Of a stretch of DNA of 10,702 nucleotides, positions 1 to 5,667 are shown in pieces. How positions within the stretch are numbered: position 1 is the first letter of the stretch; every line of letters begins with the position of its first letter. The stretch is from Candidatus Acidiferrum sp. (lineage in GTDB: Bacteria; Methylomirabilota; Methylomirabilia; Rokubacteriales; CSP1-6). The position numbers and the translations under genes were made by a program. The notes under the pieces were generated by a model. It did no database searches. It was not told where the DNA came from and saw only the letters and a list, made by a program, of their open reading frames with translations. Location of the stretch: the NCBI GenBank assembly GCA_035317605.1, contig DATHGT010000259.1, forward strand, positions 1 to 10,702, in the 5' to 3' direction.

Positions 1-1493
1 CCCAGGAGCTTGCCCTCGCGGCTGAACGCGATCTCGATCTCGTGGACCTGCTCGCGTTCCTGGGCCGCGGAAATGAAGTGCTCGCGGCGATCTTCGATCC
101 ACTTCACCGGACGGCCCAGATGACGCGCCAGCCAGCAGACCAGCGCTTCTTCCGGGTAGAAGCTGCCCTTGGGCCCGAGGCCGCCGCCCACGTCGGGCGG
201 CGCGATCACGCGGACGCGGTGCTCGGGCAGATCGAACAAGTACGTCAGCATGGCGCGGATGGTGTGGGGGGCCTGGGTCGCGTCCCACACCGTGAAGGCG
301 TCGAGGGCCTGGTCGTAGCGCGCGACTACGCCGCGGCCTTCCATCGAGTGGCTGCCGCCCCGCATGATCCGGAACGTCTCGCGCAGCGTGTGATCGGCCG
401 AGGCGAAGGCGCGCTCGGGCTGCCCCACGCGCTGAACGATGTGGGCGGCGATGTTGTCGGCGATCTCCTCGTACACGCGCGGGGCGCCGGGGGCCAGCGC
501 CGCCGCGGGCGACGCCGCCACCGGCAGCGTGTCGTACTCGACACGGATCGCGTCGCACGCGTCTTCGGCGACCGCGCGCGATTCGGCGACGACCGCCGCC
601 ACCACCTCGCCGGCGTAGCGGACCTTCTCGCGCGGCAGCGTGTGGCGGATGCCGTGACGGAGCGACATGCCGGGCACCGGGTTCGGCATGCGCGCCGGCC
701 ACGGCTTCTGGATGTCGGCGACGTCATCCGCGGTCACGACCGCGAGCACACCGGGCAACCCGCGAGCCGCGGACGTGTCGATCCGCCGCACGCGCGCGTG
801 GGCGTGCGGGCTGCGCAGCATCGCCGCGTGGGCGACGCCGGGGATCTCCAGGTCGTCGACGAACGTGCCGCGCCCGGTGAGCAGCCGCGCATCCTCCCGG
901 CGCGGGACCGGCGCGCCGATGTAGCCGCCCTCCGGCGTGCGCATCGCCGGCGCCGGATCGACGCGCGCCGGCGACGCGGGTCCACTCGACGGCTGCGCGC
1001 CTGCCGAGGCGTCGTCGAGCCGATCGCCGGCGACGAGCGCGAGCACCGCGTCGACCATGCCCTGATAGCCCGTGCAGCGACAGAGATGGCCGGCCAGCGT
1101 CTCGCGGATCTCGTCTTCGGTGAGCCGCGGGTTGCCCCGCAGCGCCGCGGTGAGCGACATGAGAATGCCGCCCGTGCAGAAGCCGCACTGCACGCCGTGG
1201 TGGCGGACGAACTCGGCTTGCAACGCGTTGAGCTGCGCCGGGTCGTGCGCCAGGCCCTCGACGGTCTCGACGCGGTGTCCGTCGGCCTGCACGGCCAGCA
1301 TCAGGCAGCCGCGCACGGCCTCGCCGTCGACCAGCACCGTGCACGCGCCGCAGACGCCGTGCTCGCAGCCCACGTGGGTGCCGGTCAGGCGCAGCTGGTC
1401 GCGCAACACGTCGACCAGCGTGGTGCGCGTGTCCACGGTCGCCTGGCGTGGCTGGCCGTTCACGGTGAGCGCGATCGTTCGCGTCTGGGTCAT
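1..1493 (-). CDS. MOP-type aldehyde oxidoreductase / xanthine dehydrogenase-family protein: N-terminal double [2Fe-2S] (CoxS-like) domain fused to a molybdopterin-binding (CoxL/XdhB-like) domain. Partial: the 3' end lies beyond the window start. No FAD domain is evident in the part visible.
   Basis: Reverse-strand translation from the ATG at 1493..1491 gives MTQTRTIALTVNGQPRQATVDTRTTLVDVLRDQLRLTGTHVGCEHGVCGACTVLVDGEAVRGC...HGVQCGFCTGGILMSLTAALRGNPRLTEDEIRETLAGHLCRCTGYQGMVDAV. This contains a plant-ferredoxin-type C-x4-C-x2-C..C motif and then a CGFC..CRC second-cluster motif. Next comes RREDARLLTGRGTFVDDL (the a/b hammerhead start typical of CoxL/XDH large subunits), then ...PDVGGGLGPKGSFYPEEALVCWLARHLGRPVKWIEDRREHF. 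The frame stays open to position 1. It is absent from the ORF track only because it runs off the window edge; the 42..1565 '+' ORF is its antisense shadow. Confidence 0.85.
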   Translation of the reverse strand, partial: MTQTRTIALTVNGQPRQATVDTRTTLVDVLRDQLRLTGTHVGCEHGVCGACTVLVDGEAVRGCLMLAVQADGHRVETVEGLAHDPAQLNALQAEFVRHHGVQCGFCTGGILMSLTAALRGNPRLTEDEIRETLAGHLCRCTGYQGMVDAVLALVAGDRLDDASAGAQPSSGPASPARVDPAPAMRTPEGGYIGAPVPRREDARLLTGRGTFVDDLEIPGVAHAAMLRSPHAHARVRRIDTSAARGLPGVLAVVTADDVADIQKPWPARMPNPVPGMSLRHGIRHTLPREKVRYAGEVVAAVVAESRAVAEDACDAIRVEYDTLPVAASPAAALAPGAPRVYEEIADNIAAHIVQRVGQPERAFASADHTLRETFRIMRGGSHSMEGRGVVARYDQALDAFTVWDATQAPHTIRAMLTYLFDLPEHRVRVIAPPDVGGGLGPKGSFYPEEALVCWLARHLGRPVKWIEDRREHFISAAQEREQVHEIEIAFSREGKLL

Positions 1494-1515
1494 GCGACAG
1501 GCGTGGATCAGGGCC

Positions 1516-2463
1516 CTATTTCTTTTCTCTTGGTGCGCCTCGCAAGATATCCGAGTCCAAGATGAAGTTCTGGCCCGAAGGGAGCATCATCACCTGGATC
1601 TTGTCGCTCAGCTTCTGAACCATCGCGTACCGCACGAGCTCCGGCGTCAGAGAAGCCGCCAATTTCTTGTTCGCCTCCGCCTCCTTCTCGGCGCGAAATA
1701 ATATGGCACTGCCCTCTCCTTTGGCCCGTTCGATGGCCTGCTGAGCTTTGTGCTTCTCCCCCTCGATCTTTTGCTGTTCTTCCAGGGCTCGCTGGGTGGC
1801 GATCTGTTTGTCTTCGATGGCTTTCTTGAACTCGGGGTTGAAGTCGATGTTGTCCAGAAGCAAATCAACCACTTCGATCGAGAAGGGGGATAGTTCTCTC
1901 TCCAGTCTTTCCCGGACGGCCTTTCGGATGTTTTCTCGGTTGGGGGCGATCTCGACGCTCTTGTACTTCACGGTCTCATCTTTGAAATTCTGGATGACCC
2001 TCGATTCGACCAGGACATTGAAGAAGTTGGGGCCGACGGTCCGATAGAGCTGCTGGATGGTCTGGGGAGACACGCGAACATTGAGACTGGCTCTGACAAA
2101 GACATCCTGGCTTTCTTCGCTGAAGGCGTTGAGCTTGTCGAAGACGCGACGCTGCACCTGGATATTGGCCAGCACGACGTCGCGCCACGGCGCCACGAAC
2201 TGGAGTCCCTCACCGATCTGGCCTTTGATGCCGCCAAATTCATAGACGACACCGATATGTCCGGCCGGCACTTGGTGGACCGCGGCGAAAAAAGTGCTGA
2301 AGGCCATGAGGCCAAGGATCAAGAACCCTCCCGGTTTCAGCAAACCGGCCAGGTACAGTAGCCTGGATTGCCGGTAGTCACGGATGTCCGGCAAGTTTCT
2401 GTTGGCGGTGAAGAGGATTACGGCGATCACTGTAAGGACCACCATCCAGATGACATACGACAT
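1516..2463 (-). CDS. SPFH / band-7 / prohibitin (PHB)-family membrane protein, with an N-terminal TM helix and a C-terminal coiled-coil region
   Basis: The 315-aa ORF starts MSYVIWMVVLTVIAVILF (TM anchor). The PHB core follows (GHIGVVYEFGGIKGQI...FVAPWRDVVLANIQVQRR...VRASLNVRVSP..LYRTVGPNF). Next is a prohibitin-like EFKKAIEDKQIATQRALEEQQKIEGEKHKAQQAIERAKGEGSAILFRAEKEAEANKKL coiled-coil. A good SD (AAGGAAGG) lies 6 nt before the ATG on the minus strand. GC is about 54% versus about 70% in the flanks, with frequent AAA/GAA/ATT codons. Confidence 0.9.
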   Translation of the reverse strand: MSYVIWMVVLTVIAVILFTANRNLPDIRDYRQSRLLYLAGLLKPGGFLILGLMAFSTFFAAVHQVPAGHIGVVYEFGGIKGQIGEGLQFVAPWRDVVLANIQVQRRVFDKLNAFSEESQDVFVRASLNVRVSPQTIQQLYRTVGPNFFNVLVESRVIQNFKDETVKYKSVEIAPNRENIRKAVRERLERELSPFSIEVVDLLLDNIDFNPEFKKAIEDKQIATQRALEEQQKIEGEKHKAQQAIERAKGEGSAILFRAEKEAEANKKLAASLTPELVRYAMVQKLSDKIQVMMLPSGQNFILDSDILRGAPREKK

Positions 2464-2594
2464 GGTCTATTCCTTCCTTGCGCCTGCTCGCCTGTCGAAC
2501 CGACCGGGGCCCGCCGCCGCCAACTCCCCGTTTTCTGCGGCAAGCTTGGTCCACCCGATGCCGGGAGTCAATACGCGAAGCCCCCGGGCGGGCA

Positions 2595-2623
2595 TCGACA
2601 TCTTCCTCAGGCCTGAGGATAAT
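2595..2623 (+). promoter_or_regulatory. Putative sigma70-type promoter (TCGACA-N17-GATAAT) for the 2-hydroxyacid dehydrogenase gene, with a perfect 14-bp palindrome CCTCAGGCCTGAGG (2605..2618) in the spacer / -10 region. This is a candidate repressor operator.
   Basis: The -35-like TCGACA is at 2595..2600 (5/6 match to TTGACA) and the -10-like GATAAT at 2618..2623 (5/6 match to TATAAT), with a 17-nt spacer. The palindrome is perfect and has zero spacing (the sequence equals its own reverse complement). The gene start lies about 35 nt downstream. Confidence 0.35.
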
Positions 2624-2655
2624 CTGCGAACGCCCGCGCGCGCGGCTGCGGAGGG

Positions 2656-3720
2656 ATGATGATGCCGACCAGAGAAGTCCTGGTGATCGTGCCGGTCGCG
2701 GACGACGCGCTGACCCGTCTCGCGTCAGTCGACCCCTGCCTGCACGTGGTCGACGCGCGGAGCTGGTTCGACGTCGAGTTCCGCGAGACGTGGCCGCCGT
2801 GGACGGTCCAGCGTTACGTGGGCGAGCGCGGGGGACCGACGAGCTCCCGTCAGGATCGCGACCGGCTGCTGGCCGACGCCGAGATCGTCCTCGGCGGTTT
2901 TCCGTTCCCGCTGGATCTTCGGGCCCGCGCGCCGCGTTTGCGCTGGTTCCACCAGCTTCCGGCCGGGGCCAGCAACCTGTTGCGCGGGGATCTGTGGGGC
3001 AGCGACGTCGTCGTCACCACCTCGCGCGGCCACGGGAGTACCCGCGCCATGGCCGAGTACGTCCTGGCCAGCGTGCTGCACTTCGCCCGGGGGCTTCACC
3101 GGGCCGCTCGCGATCGGGAGCGGCATCGCTTCGACCATCGTCCCTACCGCCCGCTGCTGCTCCAGGGCAAGACCGTCTGCGTCGTGGGCGCCGGCGGCAT
3201 CGGCCTGGAAGTCGGGCGGCTCTGCGCCAGCGCGGGCATGCGGGTGATCGGCACGCGCCGCCGGGTGGCGCCCGATGCCGCGCTGCCCACCGGATTCAGC
3301 CGCCTGGAGAGCCCGGAGCGTCTCCACGCGCTCCTCGCGGAGAGCGACGTCGTGGCGGTCTGTTGTCAGTGGACGCCGGAGACGACCAAGCTGATCGGTC
3401 GCCAGGCCTTCGCCGCCATGAAGCCGGGCGCGATCCTGGTGAACGTCGCGCGAGGGGAGATCATCGACGAAGAGGCGCTGATCTCCGCCCTCGCGGCCGG
3501 GACGCTGCGCGGCGTGGCCCTCGACGTCTACGTCGGCGAGTTCGAGCACGAGCCCGATCGTCGTCTCTGGGACGACGATCGCGTGCTCATCACCCCGCAC
3601 GTCTCCGGCGGCAGCGACGTGCGCCAGCACCGGGGCATCGACCTCTTCTGCGACAACCTGCGCGCCTACCTGGCCGGACGGCCCCTGACCAACGTCGTCG
3701 ATTGGGGGGATGGGTATTGA
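2656..3720 (+). CDS. D-isomer-specific 2-hydroxyacid dehydrogenase family protein, NAD(P)-binding (glyoxylate/hydroxypyruvate/phosphoglycerate dehydrogenase-like)
   Basis: The Rossmann motif is VCVVGAGGIGLEVG (GxGxxG). The conserved catalytic residues sit in family-typical contexts: NVARGEIIDEEAL (Arg/Glu) and ITPHVSGGS (His). The three tandem ATGs (2656, 2659, 2662) follow GGAGGG at 2650..2655; the real start is most likely 2659 or 2662 given SD spacing. Confidence 0.85.
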   Translation: MMMPTREVLVIVPVADDALTRLASVDPCLHVVDARSWFDVEFRETWPPWTVQRYVGERGGPTSSRQDRDRLLADAEIVLGGFPFPLDLRARAPRLRWFHQLPAGASNLLRGDLWGSDVVVTTSRGHGSTRAMAEYVLASVLHFARGLHRAARDRERHRFDHRPYRPLLLQGKTVCVVGAGGIGLEVGRLCASAGMRVIGTRRRVAPDAALPTGFSRLESPERLHALLAESDVVAVCCQWTPETTKLIGRQAFAAMKPGAILVNVARGEIIDEEALISALAAGTLRGVALDVYVGEFEHEPDRRLWDDDRVLITPHVSGGSDVRQHRGIDLFCDNLRAYLAGRPLTNVVDWGDGY

Positions 3721-3796
3721 GGCCCGCAATGCGTGATACGCTGGGGTCGTCGGTTGTTCCCGCGCTGTGTCCCCCCTCTCAGCCGTATCGAAACGA

Positions 3797-3815
3797 GGCG
3801 TCCGACCCGGACGCC
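3797..3815 (+). other. Perfect 8-bp stem / 3-nt loop hairpin (GGCGUCCG-ACC-CGGACGCC) in the infA leader, between the dehydrogenase gene and infA
   Basis: Read directly from the sequence: 3797..3804 is the reverse complement of 3808..3815. No U-tract follows. It could be an RNA processing or stability element, or an intrinsic-terminator-like structure in a high-GC organism. Confidence 0.3.
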
Positions 3816-3838
3816 GATGAAAGGCGACGCGACAAGCC

Positions 3839-4057
3839 ATGAGCAAGGAAGACGGAATCGAGGTCGAGGGTAAGGTGGTCGAGCCCCTGCCCAACGCGAT
3901 GTTCCGGGTGGTGACGGAGCACGGCCACAAGGTGCTCGCCCACATCTCGGGCAAGATGAGGATGAACCGCATCCGCATCCTGCCCGGCGACCGAGTCACG
4001 ATGCAGCTCTCGCCCTACGACCTGACCCGCGGGCGCATCACGTACCGATTCAAGTAA
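3839..4057 (+). CDS. infA: Translation initiation factor IF-1
   Basis: The 72-aa product [72 protein letters not shown] is a near-canonical IF-1 (S1-like OB fold: [20 protein letters not shown]...IRIL.GD.V..ELSPYDL..GRI.YR.K). Confidence 0.95.
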   Translation: MSKEDGIEVEGKVVEPLPNAMFRVVTEHGHKVLAHISGKMRMNRIRILPGDRVTMQLSPYDLTRGRITYRFK

Positions 4058-4076
4058 CCGTCCGGGAGGACACTCG

Positions 4077-4829
4077 ATGGATCTCGAGCTGGCCGGCCGC
4101 ACGGCCGTGGTCACCGGATGCAGCGTGGGCATCGGGCGCGAGATCGCCCGCGTGCTCGCCGTCGAGGGCGTGGCGACGCTGATCGTCGCGCGGCGCGGGG
4201 AATTGCTGAAGACCTTGCAGGACGAGATCGAGGCGGCGGGATGGACGCGCCCGCACGCGCTGGCCCTCGATCTCGCCGACCGCGCGTCAGCGGCGCGCGT
4301 GCGCGACGAGGCCCTGGCGCGGCTGGGCCACGTCGACATCCTCGTCAACAACGCCGGCGGCTCGCGGCCGACGGCGGTGGATGCCCCCGACACCGTGTGG
4401 GACGAATCGCTGGCCATCAACTTCACGGCGGTCCGCCGGCTGACCCAGGCGCTGCTGCCCGGCATGATCGAGCGGCGGTGGGGGCGCATCCTCAACATCA
4501 CCGGCACCTCGGAGCCCGCGGGGACCAACGCGGCGGGGCCGGCCAAGGCGGCGGTGCACGCGTGGGCCAAGGGGCTCTCGCGCGACGTCGGCCGTCACGG
4601 TATCACCGTGAACTGCCTGGCCCCCGGGCGCATCCACAGCGAGCAGATCGATCAGCGCCTGCACCCCACGCGAGAAAACCAGGAGCAGTTCGCCCGCAAC
4701 ATCCCGCTCGGTTACTTCGGCGATCCCGCCGACATGGCGTACCTGGTGACGTTCCTGTGCTCGCCCAAGGCGCGCTACGTCAGCGGCGAGCGCATCCACG
4801 TCGACGGAGGCCTGCGCCGGGCCTACTGA
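4077..4829 (+). CDS. Short-chain dehydrogenase/reductase (SDR)-fold protein with a non-canonical active-site region
   Basis: Present: TGCSVGIGREIA (TGxxxGxG NAD(P)-binding motif), LDLAD, and NNAG. Where the catalytic Ser and YxxxK are expected, the sequence reads LNITGTSEPAGTNAAGPAKAAV, so the Lys is there but the Tyr is replaced (A-G-P-A-K). SD GGGAGG (4063..4068) lies 8 nt before the ATG, only 19 nt after the infA stop, so co-transcription with infA is likely. Confidence 0.85.
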   Translation: MDLELAGRTAVVTGCSVGIGREIARVLAVEGVATLIVARRGELLKTLQDEIEAAGWTRPHALALDLADRASAARVRDEALARLGHVDILVNNAGGSRPTAVDAPDTVWDESLAINFTAVRRLTQALLPGMIERRWGRILNITGTSEPAGTNAAGPAKAAVHAWAKGLSRDVGRHGITVNCLAPGRIHSEQIDQRLHPTRENQEQFARNIPLGYFGDPADMAYLVTFLCSPKARYVSGERIHVDGGLRRAY

Positions 4830-4858
4830 CCACCCGCCGTCGGAGCGCCCGCGGCCCG

Positions 4859-4888
4859 TTGACAACCGACGCGGCGGCGGTCCATAGT
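4859..4888 (+). promoter_or_regulatory. Putative sigma70-type promoter TTGACA-N18-CATAGT upstream of the 4-TM/IPT membrane-protein gene
   Basis: A perfect TTGACA is at 4859..4864, with CATAGT at 4883..4888 (4/6 match to TATAAT). An alternative -10, TATAAC, sits at 4904..4909. SD GGGGAG (4919..4924) lies 5 nt before the ATG at 4930. GTTGAC (4858..4863) and GTCAAC (4897..4902) form a 6-bp inverted repeat that brackets the promoter. Confidence 0.3.
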
Positions 4889-4929
4889 CCCCTCGGGTCA
4901 ACCTATAACAGCCAACGCGGGGAGCGCGC

Positions 4930-5667
4930 ATGGACAACAAGATGTCCGAAGGGTTCAAGATGTGCGTGGGGGCGCTCTGCTTCATCGCGTTCGTCTCGCT
5001 CTTCTGGATGCTCTACAAGATGCTCGGTCAGGACAACAACGACGTGATCCGGCTCCCCGTCCTGGTGATCACCGGCGTCATGGCCCTGTTCGCCACGCTG
5101 GCCCTGGTCGCGGTGACGTTCTCGGTGGCTGGACTCACCGATCCGACCCAGGCGCTCGGCCTGCCCGAAGGGTCGGTCCGCGCGGCGATCGCGCTCAGCC
5201 TGATCGTGATCTTCGCCATCACGTCCATCTACCTGTACAGCTCGCTTTCGGAGGCCGACGCGAGTTCGCCGGGTGTCGACTTCGCCAAACAGGTGTTCGC
5301 GGTGGTGGGGACGCTGATGACGGCGGTGGCGAGCTTCTACTTCGCGTCGCGCGCCTCGACGTCCGCCGCGAAGCCGACCGCGTCGGCACCCCAGTTGACG
5401 AGCATCACGCCCACCCTGGTCTCGAAGGGGGCCGTTCCGACCGTGCCTTACAGGATCGTGGGGACCGATCTTCAGCTCGCGAAGGACGTCACTCTCGTGA
5501 TGGGCGGCACCAAGGTCCCGGGGACGGACGTCACGTCCAGGCCCGATCTGATCAAGTGTGACTTCGCCATTGATCCCGGTCTGGCGATCGGCAAGTACGA
5601 CGTGGTGGTGACGACGAGCGACGGCGCGACGGCCACGCTGCCGACCGCCCTCGAGATTACCCCGTAG
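4930..5667 (+). CDS. Integral membrane protein with four predicted TM helices and a C-terminal extracytoplasmic IPT/TIG-like (Ig-fold) beta domain; function unknown
   Basis: Four hydrophobic ~20-aa segments are present: VGALCFIAFVSLFWMLY, LPVLVITGVMALFATLALVAVTF, AAIALSLIVIFAITSIYLY and VFAVVGTLMTAVASFYFA. The C-terminal ~90 aa read ITSITPTLVSKGAVPTVPYRIVGTDLQ..VTLVMGGTKVPGTDVTSRPDLIKCDFAIDPGLAIGKYDVVVTTSDGATATLPTALEI. This has the IPT/TIG pattern (P.I..i.P..G...GGT.i.i.G.nl......c.f.......v.v........f). Confidence 0.7.
   Translation: MDNKMSEGFKMCVGALCFIAFVSLFWMLYKMLGQDNNDVIRLPVLVITGVMALFATLALVAVTFSVAGLTDPTQALGLPEGSVRAAIALSLIVIFAITSIYLYSSLSEADASSPGVDFAKQVFAVVGTLMTAVASFYFASRASTSAAKPTASAPQLTSITPTLVSKGAVPTVPYRIVGTDLQLAKDVTLVMGGTKVPGTDVTSRPDLIKCDFAIDPGLAIGKYDVVVTTSDGATATLPTALEITP

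Noticed and set aside
42-1565. 507-aa '+' ORF, the longest in the track for this region
   Set aside because: It is Arg/Ala/Gly-rich low-complexity with no motifs. It is the antisense shadow of the genuine minus-strand Mo-enzyme gene, whose translation gives clean 2Fe-2S and CoxL motifs. Long stop-free antisense frames are expected at ~70% GC.
1540-2495. Short similar motifs (GTGCGCCTCGC near 1541 and TTGCGCCTGCTCGC near 2479) flanking the low-GC SPFH gene, as possible insertion direct repeats
   Set aside because: The left copy lies inside the SPFH coding region (encoding ...RGAPRE), and the match is imperfect and short. Chance similarity in GC-rich DNA is more likely.
2368-2659. Small '+' ORFs (82 and 91 aa) spanning the SPFH gene 5' end and the intergenic region
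   Set aside because: They overlap the SPFH N-terminus antisense and the promoter region. They show no RBS and no recognisable fold, and look like chance ORFs.
3721-3838. Checked the 118-bp gap before infA for a tRNA or small RNA gene
   Set aside because: No cloverleaf-compatible arms and no T-loop consensus (GTTCRANYC) are present. There is only a single hairpin, which is reported separately.
2478-3999. 454-aa '+' ORF and 424-aa '-' ORF overlapping the 2-hydroxyacid dehydrogenase gene
   Set aside because: These are off-frame or antisense shadows. The 2656..3720 frame contains the GxGxxG motif and the catalytic R/E/H.
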